DNA of 42,559 nt from contig JANOTZ010000108.1 of NCBI GenBank assembly GCA_031416735.1, positions 1 through 42,559 of the forward strand, read 5' to 3'. This document shows, one piece after another, positions 18,848 to 29,767 of the stretch. The notes below the pieces were generated by a model. The model was not told where the DNA came from, did no database searches, and saw only the letters and a program-made list of their open reading frames with translations. The DNA comes from Frankiales bacterium (GTDB taxonomy: Bacteria; Actinomycetota; Actinomycetes; Mycobacteriales; SCTD01). Made by a program: the position numbers and the translations under genes. Each line of letters starts with the position of its first letter. The first letter of the stretch is position 1.

Positions 18848-19135
18848 TTAGGGGCGGCGCTCTTGTTGGTCCCACGCCGCGGGCGACAGAGCGTCCAGGC
18901 GTTCGTTCAGCCGCTCGAGAGCGGTGGCGATCCGGTCGAAGTGGTCGGCTTGCTCGCGGCTGAGCAGATCCAGGCGGATCTGCATCCTGCCCAACGCGCC
19001 GAGCAGCGCATCTGCCTGGCCACGCGCGATCTCCGCCTCGTCGAAGTGGGGGGCGGCGGGAGGCGGGGTCGGCGTGCTGCGGCGGCGCACCGGCGCCATC
19101 GACTGACGGGAGTCGGGGTCCCGGGGTGTGGTCAT
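18848..19135 (-). CDS. Small hypothetical coiled-coil protein
   Basis: ATGA overlap with the upstream gene; heptad-like C-terminal half. Confidence 0.65.
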   Translation of the reverse strand: MTTPRDPDSRQSMAPVRRRSTPTPPPAAPHFDEAEIARGQADALLGALGRMQIRLDLLSREQADHFDRIATALERLNERLDALSPAAWDQQERRP

Positions 19136-20142
19136 TGACCCTGCTCCTTGGTCTTGCGCGGCTTGCGGGTCCGGACGGGGGTGGCCGCTGAGTCCGTGGC
19201 GGTGGCCTCTCGCGCGATGCGGTCACGTTGCTCGAGGCGGTCGATCTCGTCGGCAAGCAGGCCGGTGAGCCGGGTGACTGTGGCGGACGTCTTGGTGGTG
19301 AGCCGTTCGATGCGCGCGTTGAGTCGCTCCTCCAAGAGCTGGTCACGCCGGTCCCGCTCGTCCAGGACGTCGATGAGGCGACCGATGATGCTCTCGCCGC
19401 CGGCGGCTACGGCCCGCGCCGTCGCTTCCCCGTCGGCCGAGGCGCGGGCGGCTGCCCTCTCGATCTGTTCCACGGTCGAGCCGGCGATCGCATCGAGCGC
19501 AGTGGACACTGCCTGCCCGCGCGCCTCCAGGACCTCGTGCAGCTGGGTGGCCTGGTCGAGGAAGGCCTGCCGGCTCTCCGTGATGCGCTCCTCGACGTGG
19601 GAGAGCTCCTCGGCGCCGGCCGTGAGGTGCGCTCCGGCGGTCCTCAGCTCGGACGAGATGGTGGTGCTGACCTCGTGCAGGACGGCCCGCAGCTGATCGA
19701 CCGTTGAGGCCGCAACCTGGGAGAGCCCGTCGGCACCGGTAGCGAGCTGCGTGCCGGCGGCCTCCAGGTCGCGGCGGAGGACGGCAGCCGCGTCGTGGGC
19801 CGAGCCCTCCAGGTATTCCACGGCGGCCTGGATCACGCTCGCCCCCGCGGTGGAGACGGCGTGGACCGCGGCGTCCGTGCTCGCGGACAGCTGAGCCGCC
19901 GTCTGCTCGGCATAGGACCTCAGCGCCTCGGCCAACTGATCGGGGAGCGCGTCCGCGGTGCCCGTCAGTTCGTTGGTGCGCTGTCGCAGCGTCGCAGCTG
20001 CACTCTGGAGGAGGTAAAGCGCCTCGCTCTGGCCGGCGGCGAGCTGCTCGGTCAGCGCCGAGACGACACCCTGCGCGCTTTCGGCGGCCAGGCTGCTGAG
20101 CTGTTCGGCGACCCGGTCGTCAGCGGAAGGGCCAGCAGGCAT
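19132..20142 (-). CDS. Ala-rich helical (apolipoprotein-like/coiled-coil) hypothetical protein
   Basis: 336 aa of amphipathic helical composition with a basic tail RTRKPRKTK. Confidence 0.7.
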   Translation of the reverse strand: MPAGPSADDRVAEQLSSLAAESAQGVVSALTEQLAAGQSEALYLLQSAAATLRQRTNELTGTADALPDQLAEALRSYAEQTAAQLSASTDAAVHAVSTAGASVIQAAVEYLEGSAHDAAAVLRRDLEAAGTQLATGADGLSQVAASTVDQLRAVLHEVSTTISSELRTAGAHLTAGAEELSHVEERITESRQAFLDQATQLHEVLEARGQAVSTALDAIAGSTVEQIERAAARASADGEATARAVAAGGESIIGRLIDVLDERDRRDQLLEERLNARIERLTTKTSATVTRLTGLLADEIDRLEQRDRIAREATATDSAATPVRTRKPRKTKEQGQ

Positions 20143-20415
20143 GGGCTTCTCTCACGCAGCGGGTGGTGGGCGGACGGGCGGTAGGCGGAAGGGACTCTAG
20201 ACCGTGGGCCGGGTAACGGGAGCCGCCAGACGTTGGGCCGGGGTGACGGGCGCCGCGCCGGAGGGCTCAGCGAGCCGCCGTACAAGATCACCGGTCCTCG
20301 GAGGGGGATAAACTGTCCCAAGGTGGGTCAGTTGGCTGCGACTTTCGGGCAGTCCCGTGTCCCGCAGCAGGCCCAGCCGTTACCTGACGTGACGGCATGA
20401 CCTGGGGGGATCACG

Positions 20416-21288
20416 GTGGAGGTTGCGGTGCGGGCTGTTCGCTCCGTGGAGGACCATGCGCGAGAGACGGCGCTGCAACTCGTCTTCGACTCGATGAGCG
20501 TGGGCGTGGGCATCGCCGTCGAAGGCGGCGCCCTGATCGAGGTCAACGAGGCGTTGCTCGCCCTGCTCGGTCTCGAGCGGGAGCAGGCGCTCGGTCGCAC
20601 CTTGGAGGAGCTCGTGGGGTGCGCCCCGGTCCTGTCCCGCGACTCGGACCGGCGCGAGTCGAGCTTCCTGCGCCCGGACGGCCGGCGGCTGTGGGTGCGG
20701 ATCAGTGCCCGGGACATCACCGGCCGGGATGGCCGCGTCCTGCTCACGATCAACTCGGTCGAGGACATCACCGATCACAAGGCCCTTGAGGGCGCCCTGC
20801 ACGATCGCGCCCTGTTCGACCCCGTCACGGGGCTGCCGAACCGCTACCTGCTGACCGACCGGCTCGAGCACGCGCTCGTGCAGCGTGCCCGCGGTGGGCA
20901 TGACATCGCGGTCCTGTTCGTCGACCTCGACGGGTTCAAGGCGGTCAACGACACGGCCGGGCACCGGATCGGCGACCAGGTGCTGCGGGAGGCCGGCCGG
21001 CGGATCGCGGCGTGCGCCAGGAGCGGCGACACGGTGGCCCGCTGGGCTGGCGATGAGTTCGTGGTGCTGTGCGTCGGGGCCGGCGTCACGGCGGGTGCTC
21101 AGCGCATCGCGCGGAAGATCGCCGAGCGGTGCTCGGCCCCCTTCGTCGTGGAGTCCTTCGAGTTCCACCTCGGCGCCAGCGTCGGCCTGGCCAACACCGA
21201 TGCATCCGGGCTCGAGGATGCCGAACGGCTGCTGGAGCGCGCCGACCAGGCGATGTACGTCGAGAAGTCGGCCCGCCGTACCGGCTGA
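20416..21288 (+). CDS. PAS-GGDEF diguanylate cyclase (AGDEF variant)
   Basis: PAS/PAC, DPVTGLPNR, DLDGFKAVND, RSGD I-site and WAGDEF. Confidence 0.9.
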   Translation: MEVAVRAVRSVEDHARETALQLVFDSMSVGVGIAVEGGALIEVNEALLALLGLEREQALGRTLEELVGCAPVLSRDSDRRESSFLRPDGRRLWVRISARDITGRDGRVLLTINSVEDITDHKALEGALHDRALFDPVTGLPNRYLLTDRLEHALVQRARGGHDIAVLFVDLDGFKAVNDTAGHRIGDQVLREAGRRIAACARSGDTVARWAGDEFVVLCVGAGVTAGAQRIARKIAERCSAPFVVESFEFHLGASVGLANTDASGLEDAERLLERADQAMYVEKSARRTG

Positions 21289-21405
21289 GGGTCACCTGGG
21301 CAAGGGCGCAGCGAACTGCCAGGCTGTACACAGCCGGGTGCCAATGGTGACCGCGAAGGTGGTTGCGACGAGGGTGCTCGGCCCTTGCACAGATCGGGAG
21401 TCGTC

Positions 21406-21984
21406 ATGAACAAGCGCGTCGTCAGCATCGTTCTCGCATCCGCCGTCGGGCTGGGTGCCGCCTCCAGCCTGGCCTTGGTTCCGGCGTTCGCCGCCGCGGA
21501 CGACAAGAGCGCCAGCGTCTCGAAGCCCACGCCTTTCAAGGACGCGCTGCAGGGCCTGGTGACCGACGGGACTCTCACTCAGGCGCAGGCCGACAAGGTG
21601 GCCGCGGCCTTGAAGGCGGCCCGGCCTGACGGCCGGCACGGTTTCGGTGGCAAGGACTCCCGGGGCGGCAGGGAGCACCGGGGTGGCCAGCCCCTGGCCG
21701 AGGCTGCGAAGGTCCTCGGCGTCACCGTCGCCGAGCTGCGCACTGCGCTGGGGAGCGGCAAGTCCCTCGCCGACGTGGCGAGCAGCAAGGGCATCAGCAA
21801 GGCCACCCTGATCAGCAAGCTGCTCGCTGACGCGAAGGCCCACCTCGCCGCAGAGGTGAAGGAGGGCGACCTCACCCAGGCGCAGGCCGACAAGCGGCTC
21901 GCCCTGCTGAAGGACCGCATCGCCGACCTCGTCGACCGCAAGGGCCTGCCGATGCGGCCCGGCCACGGCGAGCGCCGCTCCTAG
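21406..21984 (+). CDS. Secreted helical hypothetical protein
   Basis: GGAG plus ATG, signal peptide (AFA), LTQAQADK twice and LGVTVAELRTALGSGKSLADVA. Confidence 0.8.
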   Translation: MNKRVVSIVLASAVGLGAASSLALVPAFAAADDKSASVSKPTPFKDALQGLVTDGTLTQAQADKVAAALKAARPDGRHGFGGKDSRGGREHRGGQPLAEAAKVLGVTVAELRTALGSGKSLADVASSKGISKATLISKLLADAKAHLAAEVKEGDLTQAQADKRLALLKDRIADLVDRKGLPMRPGHGERRS

Positions 21985-22047
21985 GACGCGGTCACGGGGA
22001 GCGTTGCTCCGAGGATGCGACGGGGAGCGCCGCTCCTAGGACGGGGC
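21964..22047 (+). repeat. Three imperfect ~28-nt tandem copies of a gene 3' end
   Basis: GAGCGCCGCTCCTAGGACG in units 1 and 3, degenerate unit 2; unit 1 contains the TAG at 21982-21984. Confidence 0.8.
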
Positions 22048-22054
22048 CACGCCA

Positions 22055-22561
22055 TCAGGTGACGCGGACCTGCTTGGTCGTGAGCACCGTGGCGCGGCCG
22101 TCGGCGGCGACCAGGAAGATGGTCACGACCCGCTCGCCGGCCGGGGCGCGCATGGCGAACCGCTCGGTGGCCTTGCAGCCCGGCAACGGCACGGGCCCCG
22201 CGAGTCGGCCGGCCTCGAAGGACGTCGGCAGGGTCGTCGTGTCGACGCCGATGACGAGCATGGCGTCCGCCGGGCCGGTAGCCGACCACCGCAGGACACC
22301 GCCCGACTTCACCGCGGTCTTGTCGAGGGCGAACGCCGGTGCGGTGCACGAGCCGCCGACGGCTGGTGCGCCACGTCCGACGTCGCCTCGGGTCACGGTG
22401 ATCAGGACGACGCCGAGGAAGAACAACCCCAGCATCTTCTTGGAGTTGAACCGACTCGGGTTGGGCAGGCGCGGCTCGAGCGTCGGGTCGCCGCGCCAGA
22501 TCGCCAGCTCGTAGGCGTCGAGCGTCTGGTGCTTGCGGCGAGTGCCTCGCATGACCTTCAT
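22055..22561 (-). CDS. Hypothetical single-TM protein
   Basis: Starts 2 nt after the Fe-S gene stop; one TM followed by a beta-rich domain with two Cys. Confidence 0.7.
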   Translation of the reverse strand: MKVMRGTRRKHQTLDAYELAIWRGDPTLEPRLPNPSRFNSKKMLGLFFLGVVLITVTRGDVGRGAPAVGGSCTAPAFALDKTAVKSGGVLRWSATGPADAMLVIGVDTTTLPTSFEAGRLAGPVPLPGCKATERFAMRAPAGERVVTIFLVAADGRATVLTTKQVRVT

Positions 22562-22563
22562 GG

Positions 22564-24774
22564 CTAGGGCTGGACGGGGGCCTTGAGGGAGCGGGCCAGG
22601 ATCTGCGACACGTCCAGGACCTGCACGTGCTCCTTGGCCTCACCGGACTGCTGCTTGGCGGTCACCGCATCGCTGAGCATGGTGATGCAGAACGGGCACG
22701 CGGTGCTGATGATGTCGGTGTCCAGGGACAGAGCCTCATCGGTGCGCTCCACGTTGATGCGCTTGCCGATCTTCTCCTCCATCCACATCCGGGCACCGCC
22801 GGCACCGCAGCAGAAACCGCGTTCCTTGCAGCGGGGCATCTCAGTGGAGGTGAGCCCCTGGATCGCCGCCAGGATCTCGCGCGGCGGGGTGTAGACCTGG
22901 TTGTGCCGGCCCAGATAGCACGGGTCGTGGTAGGTCACGGTCTGGTCCACCGGGGTGATCGGGACCAGGTGCCCCTCCTCGATCAGCTTGCCGAGCAGCT
23001 GGGTGTGGTGCACGACCTCGTAGTCGCCGCCGAGCTGGGGGTATTCGTTGCTGATCGTGTTGAAGCAGTGCGGGCAGGTCGCGACGATCTTGATGCCGTG
23101 CTCCCGACCGGCGCCGACGCTGTTGAGGACCTCGACGTTCTGCTGGGCGAGCATCTGGAAGACGAACTCGTTGCCCAACCGACGGGCCGGGTCACCGGTG
23201 CAGGACTCCTTGGACCCGAGCACGGCGAACTCGACCCCGGCGATGTGGAGCAGCTCGGCGAAAGCGCGGCTGACCTTCGTGCTGCGGTCCTCCAGGCCAC
23301 CGGCGCAGCCGACCCAGAAGAGGTATTCCACCTCGTCGGGGATGGTGCCCTCGACGACCTTGACCTCGAAGTCGAGGCCGTCCATCCAGTCCGTGCGGCT
23401 GGAGTTGTTCATGCCCCACGGGTTGCCCTTGTTCTCCAGGTTGCGCAGCATCACGCCGGCCTCGCTGGGGAACGCGGACTCGATGAGCACCTGGTAGCGG
23501 CGCATGTCCAAGATGTGGTCGACGTGCTCGATGTCGACGGGACACTGCTCGACACATGCGCCGCACGTCGTACAGGACCAGAGCACGTCGGGGTCGATGA
23601 CGCCGCCCTGCTCGGCGGTGCCGACGAGCGGTCGTTCGTACTGCTCCTTGTTGGAGCCGACGATCCGGCCATAGCCGGACTCCGGCACCTCGTGCCCGTG
23701 CCCCTCGCCGGCGTGCGGCGCGGCGGCGAGCACGGCGTCCGGGTCCTTGGCGAGCAGGTAGGGGGCCTTCGCGAACAGGTGGTCGCGGAGGTTCATGATG
23801 AGCAGCTTGGGGCTGAGCGGCTTGCCGGTGTTCCACGCCGGGCACTGGCTCTGGCAACGGCCGCACTCGGTGCAGGTGGCCATGTCCAGCATGGCCGACC
23901 AGGTGAAGTCCTCGACCTTGCCGACACCGAACGTGTCGGTCTCGGGGTCTGCGGTCTCGAAGTCCAGCAGCTTGCCCTTGCTGATCATCGGCAGCAGCGG
24001 TCCGAGGGCGACCTTGTCGGGGTCGCGCTTGGTGCTGACGTTGATCGGCGCCAGGAAGATGTGCAGGTGCTTGCTGTAGACCACGATGACCAGGAAGCCG
24101 AAGATCACCCCGATCTGGGCGAGGATGAAGAAGGTCTCGAGGATCTCGTTGGCGCGCTCGCCGAGCGGGTGCAGCGCCTTGGCCGTGAGGTTGGACGTGA
24201 AGGTCCAGTTCTTGTGGTCCTGGAAGGGGAAGACCCCGGTGTTGATCTGCGGCCCGCGGTAGCCGAACAGCGTGATCGCGACCAGGCTGATCATGCCGAG
24301 CACCAGCCAGGCCGGGCCGGTGTGCGAGCCGTAGAACCGGCTGTCGCGCTCGAGCTTGACGGGGTCGTTGTTGCGGCGGATCCACGCGAAGGTCGCCAGC
24401 GCCACGAGCAGCAGCGTGCCGATCAGGTCCTCGGCGAACCCGACGAGCCGCCAGTGGCCGATGACCGGGATGGCGAACTCGGGGTCGAACAGCGCGCCGA
24501 CAGCCTCGATGATCGTCAGCGTCAAGATGATGAAGGCCCAGAACGTGATGGCGTGCGCGACGCCCGGGACGCTCCACTTCAGCAGCCGCTTCTGGCCGAA
24601 CACCTCGACGAACTGCAGGGCGATCCGCTTGTTGACGCCCTTGAGCCGACCGGGGCTCGGTTGTCCGCTGCTGATGAGCGTGAACAGGAACAGCATCCGG
24701 CGCCCGGCGACCGCCAGGCAGATCCCCATGATCCCCAGTCCGACGACGAGCCGGATGATCTGGTCGGTGTCCAT
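22564..24774 (-). CDS. Membrane Fe-S oxidoreductase (HdrD/FadF, EtfD/Rv0338c-like)
   Basis: N-terminal TMs, CTECGRCQSQCP, CTTCGACVEQCP and two CCG-type domains (YHDPCYLGR, FCCGAGG, ACPFC). Confidence 0.92.
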   Translation of the reverse strand: MDTDQIIRLVVGLGIMGICLAVAGRRMLFLFTLISSGQPSPGRLKGVNKRIALQFVEVFGQKRLLKWSVPGVAHAITFWAFIILTLTIIEAVGALFDPEFAIPVIGHWRLVGFAEDLIGTLLLVALATFAWIRRNNDPVKLERDSRFYGSHTGPAWLVLGMISLVAITLFGYRGPQINTGVFPFQDHKNWTFTSNLTAKALHPLGERANEILETFFILAQIGVIFGFLVIVVYSKHLHIFLAPINVSTKRDPDKVALGPLLPMISKGKLLDFETADPETDTFGVGKVEDFTWSAMLDMATCTECGRCQSQCPAWNTGKPLSPKLLIMNLRDHLFAKAPYLLAKDPDAVLAAAPHAGEGHGHEVPESGYGRIVGSNKEQYERPLVGTAEQGGVIDPDVLWSCTTCGACVEQCPVDIEHVDHILDMRRYQVLIESAFPSEAGVMLRNLENKGNPWGMNNSSRTDWMDGLDFEVKVVEGTIPDEVEYLFWVGCAGGLEDRSTKVSRAFAELLHIAGVEFAVLGSKESCTGDPARRLGNEFVFQMLAQQNVEVLNSVGAGREHGIKIVATCPHCFNTISNEYPQLGGDYEVVHHTQLLGKLIEEGHLVPITPVDQTVTYHDPCYLGRHNQVYTPPREILAAIQGLTSTEMPRCKERGFCCGAGGARMWMEEKIGKRINVERTDEALSLDTDIISTACPFCITMLSDAVTAKQQSGEAKEHVQVLDVSQILARSLKAPVQP

Positions 24775-24902
24775 CGTCGCCGCGTCCTCCAGTCGTGGGG
24801 AGCCCGCTTTCCGGGCGCACCTCGCGTTGGGCGCGAGCCTACGCGGGCGCGGGCAGGCCGGTGCGACCAGGCCCTTGCCCAAGCCTACTGAGCGGTAACT
24901 CT

Positions 24903-24960
24903 CCTGGCGTCAGCGCTCGGTGTAGCCCCGGCCTGGCGTCAGCGCTCGGTGTAGCCCCGG
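24903..24960. repeat. Exact 29-nt tandem duplication
   Basis: CCTGGCGTCAGCGCTCGGTGTAGCCCCGG x2. Confidence 0.95.
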
Positions 24961-25064
24961 GCGACGTCCTCGGCGTGGCCGGAGCGGCAGACGGCCGCGG
25001 CTCCCAGCAGTCCGAGGGAGGAGAGCACCAGCCAGCTCACGCCGATCAGCACCAGCAGCGTCAT
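24939..25064 (-). CDS. 41-aa single-TM small protein (absent from the ORF track)
   Basis: [41 protein letters not shown]; GAGG upstream; GC-rich third positions. Confidence 0.65.
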   Translation of the reverse strand: MTLLVLIGVSWLVLSSLGLLGAAAVCRSGHAEDVARGYTER

Positions 25065-25418
25065 GCCGCACCGCCTCACGGGCCGTGCCGGCCCTCCTGA
25101 TCATCATCTGCCCCTGTCGGGGGCCGCGCCCTCCCCCGAGCGGGTGACACGCTGGGCACTTGTCCGAGGTTTGCCGCCGACGCGCTGGGCGAGTCGCAGG
25201 CAGATCGCGAACAACGGGCGGGTACGGCGAAAGCCGGCGTCACAGGAAGGCGTGGACGACCTTGTTCCCGAACTGCCAGATCAAGATCGTGAGCGGGGCG
25301 GCCAGCAGCAGCGCCAGGGCCAGGGCGAGCACCCGGATCCCGAGTCGGGGCCCGCCGTGGCGGCCACGCATCTCCCTGAGCACCCCGCAAGCCTCCCACA
25401 CCGGTCGGGAGCGGCAGA

Positions 25419-25453
25419 GTTGAGTCGGGAACACTCAGGGCCATCGGGTCGTT
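25419..25453 (+). promoter_or_regulatory. HAIR operator 1 overlapping a SigH/SigR-type promoter of dnaK
   Basis: GTTGAGT-N7-ACTCAGG (25419-25439); GGAAC-N18-GTT (25428-25453). Confidence 0.85.
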
Positions 25454-25469
25454 CCAGGGAGAGGAGTAA

Positions 25470-25490
25470 CCTGAGTCTGCTCCACTCAAC
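25470..25490 (+). promoter_or_regulatory. HAIR operator 2 (HspR site)
   Basis: CCTGAGT-N7-ACTCAAC versus consensus CTTGAGT-N7-ACTCAAG. Confidence 0.88.
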
Positions 25491-25509
25491 TACCGAAGGA
25501 AGTACAGAC

Positions 25510-27347
<1,838 letters not shown>

Positions 27348-27351
<4 letters not shown>

Positions 27352-27959
27352 GCCTCCCCGACCAGGGCCCCGACGAGCCGGTGGTGGTCCACGACAAACG
27401 GCGCCTCGACCCCGACAGCGGCGAGGTCCGTCCCGTGCCGGCCACCGAGCTCGAGGATCTCCCGCCGGAGGAGATCCCGGACGAGTTGTCGATCGACCTG
27501 GCGGCGGTCCAGGCCGAGCTCACCAAGGACCTGCAGCGGCTGACGGCGGAATACGCCAACTACCGCAAGCGGGTGGAGCGCGACCGGCTCGCGGTCGTGG
27601 AGGCGGTGACCGCCGGTCTCCTGGAGAGCCTGCTGCCGCTGCTCGACAGCATCGAGCTGGCCCGCCAGCACGGGGACCTCGAAGGCGCCTTCAAGGGCGT
27701 CGGCGAGGGTCTCGAGCAGCTCGCCGAACGGCAGGGCCTCGAGCGGTACGGCGCCAAGGCGGACGTCTTCGACCCCGCCGTGCATCACGCCCTCGTGCAG
27801 GCTCCGCCCGTGGAAGGAGTGACCGAGGCCATCGTCGCCGAGGTGCTCCAGCCCGGTTGGCGGCTCAAGGGCGGACGCGTCCTGCGGCCCGCCGGCGTCG
27901 CGGTCGCGGAACCGGCTGCGCCGGCCGAGATCGTCGACGTACCAGGGCAAGAGAGCTAG
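27348..27959 (+). CDS. grpE: Nucleotide exchange factor GrpE
   Basis: [17 protein letters not shown] and LRPAGVAV; GTGA overlap with dnaK. Confidence 0.96.
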
Positions 27960-27975
27960 GAGAGGAGGGACGCCG

Positions 27976-29076
27976 ATGAGTGCGCGTGACTACGTCGAGA
28001 AGGACTACTACGCCGCTCTCGGCGTCCCGAAGGACACCCCGACCGCCGACATCAAGAAGGCCTACCGCAAGCTGGCGGCGAAGCTGCACCCCGACCGCAA
28101 CCCCGGCGGTGAGGAGCGGTTCAAGGAGATCAGCGAGGCCTACGACGTGCTGTCGGTCGACGCCAAGCGCAAGGAGTACGACGAAGCGCGCGCGTTGTTC
28201 GCCGGAGGCGGACCTCGAGGTGGGTTCGACGTGGGCGACCTGTTCGGGCGGGGCGGAGCCGGTGGCGTCTCCGACCTGTTCGGCGGGCTGTTCGGCGGCG
28301 GCGGCGGCGGTCGGCGGCCGACCGCACCGCGGCGCGGCGCTGATCTCGAGACCGCCATCACGATCTCGTTCGTGGACGCCTTCCGGGGCACGACCGTGCC
28401 GCTGCGGCTCGCGACGACCGGGGCCTGTGCCACCTGTCGCGGCTCTGGTGCGGCCCCAGGCACCGCGCCGCAGACCTGCCCGGTCTGTCGCGGGCAGGGC
28501 GTGGTCTCCCGCAACCAGGGATCCTTTTCCTTCGCCGAGCCGTGCACCCGCTGCCGGGGCACCGGCCAGGTCATCGAGACGCCATGCGGCACGTGCCACG
28601 GCACCGGCGCCCAGACCCAGGAACGCACCCTCACCGTGCGCATCCCGCCGGGAGTGGCTGACGGGCAACGGATCCGGCTGAAGGGCAAGGGTTCTCCGGG
28701 CGGCCACGGCGCGCCCGCCGGGGACCTGCTCGTCGCTGTCAGCGTCACGCCCCATGCGGTGTTCGGACGCAAGGGCGACCACCTGACCCTGACGGTCCCG
28801 GTCACCTTCGCGGAGGCGGCGCTCGGTGGCCACGTCCCGGTCCCGACCCCCGATGGGCCGGTCACCCTGAACGTCGCCGCAGGCACGACCTCCGGCCGTA
28901 CCTTCCGCGTCAAGGGCAAGGGCTTTCCGCACAAGACGGGCCACGGCGACCTGCTCGTCACCGTCGAAGTCGACGTACCCAAGCACCTGTCCGAGCAGGA
29001 GCGGGAAGCGCTCGAGGCCTATGCGGCGGTGGCGCGGCACGACCCGCGGGCCCACCTGGCAGAGGTGACGCTGTGA
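27976..29076 (+). CDS. dnaJ: Chaperone DnaJ
   Basis: J domain with HPD, G/F region and four CxxCxGxG repeats. Confidence 0.97.
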   Translation: MSARDYVEKDYYAALGVPKDTPTADIKKAYRKLAAKLHPDRNPGGEERFKEISEAYDVLSVDAKRKEYDEARALFAGGGPRGGFDVGDLFGRGGAGGVSDLFGGLFGGGGGGRRPTAPRRGADLETAITISFVDAFRGTTVPLRLATTGACATCRGSGAAPGTAPQTCPVCRGQGVVSRNQGSFSFAEPCTRCRGTGQVIETPCGTCHGTGAQTQERTLTVRIPPGVADGQRIRLKGKGSPGGHGAPAGDLLVAVSVTPHAVFGRKGDHLTLTVPVTFAEAALGGHVPVPTPDGPVTLNVAAGTTSGRTFRVKGKGFPHKTGHGDLLVTVEVDVPKHLSEQEREALEAYAAVARHDPRAHLAEVTL

Positions 29077-29483
29077 AGGACGAGACGCAGGTGTTCGTGA
29101 TCTCGGTCGCGGCGCAGCTCGCGGGCATGCACCCGCAGACGCTCCGGCAGTACGACCGGCTCGGCCTGGTGACGCCGACCCGCACCGGTGGTGGGGGTCG
29201 GCGTTATTCGCAGCGCGACGTGGAGCTGCTCCGGGAGGTGCAGCGGCTCTCGCAGGAGGAGGGCGTCAGCCTCGCCGGCATCAAGCGGATCATCGAGCTC
29301 GAGCACCACGTGGAGGCCTTGCAGGAGCGGGTGGCGGAGCTGGCGCACGAGCTCGACCTGGCGCGGGCCGCCGTCGGCCTGGCGCACGACCACGTGGTCG
29401 CCTCGATGCGCCGCGATCTGGTGCCCCTACGGCGTTCTGCCCTCGTCGTGTGGCGCCCGGACGACCCGCCGAGGCGGTCGTAA
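29073..29483 (+). CDS. hspR: Heat-shock repressor HspR (MerR family)
   Basis: ISVAAQLAGMHPQTLRQYDRLGLV; last gene of the dnaK operon. Confidence 0.96.
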   Translation: MKDETQVFVISVAAQLAGMHPQTLRQYDRLGLVTPTRTGGGGRRYSQRDVELLREVQRLSQEEGVSLAGIKRIIELEHHVEALQERVAELAHELDLARAAVGLAHDHVVASMRRDLVPLRRSALVVWRPDDPPRRS

Positions 29484-29696
29484 CCGGACGAACACCCTCG
29501 GACCGGCGCGCGCCCAGGTAAAGATCATTGTGCTGGGCGGGACCCGCTGTCAGGCTGCGATGTCCAGCTCGTCCTAGGAGTCCAGTGCGCCGCCTTCGTC
29601 CGCTTTTTGCCCTCGCCGCCGTCACGGCCGCCGCACTGATCACCCCGGGCGCCTTCGCCGGCGGTCCGGCTCCCCGGCTGTTGACACTCCGCTAAA

Positions 29697-29730
29697 GTTG
29701 AGTGGAATGCACTCAACTTCAGCAGGGTTG
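29697..29730 (+). promoter_or_regulatory. HAIR operator plus SigH/SigR-type promoter of clpB
   Basis: GTTGAGT-N7-ACTCAAC (29697-29717); GGAAT-N18-GTTG (29704-29730); TTGACA also present at 29681. Confidence 0.88.
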
Positions 29731-29767
29731 GGACGGGTGAAGCCCAGCCGAGGAGGATGCTCGACCG

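Noticed and set aside
24885-24899. Imperfect palindrome CTACTGAGCGGTAAC upstream of the Fe-S gene as a regulator site
   Set aside because: It overlaps a plausible -10 (TAGGCT), but a single degenerate copy cannot be assigned to any regulator.
24910-25107. 65-aa ORF from the track
   Set aside because: Arg-rich and implausible; the 41-aa TM frame at 24939-25064 fits better.
25063-25509. 149-aa N-terminal extension of DnaK
   Set aside because: It spans the HAIR/promoter region; the RBS and homology put the start at 25510.
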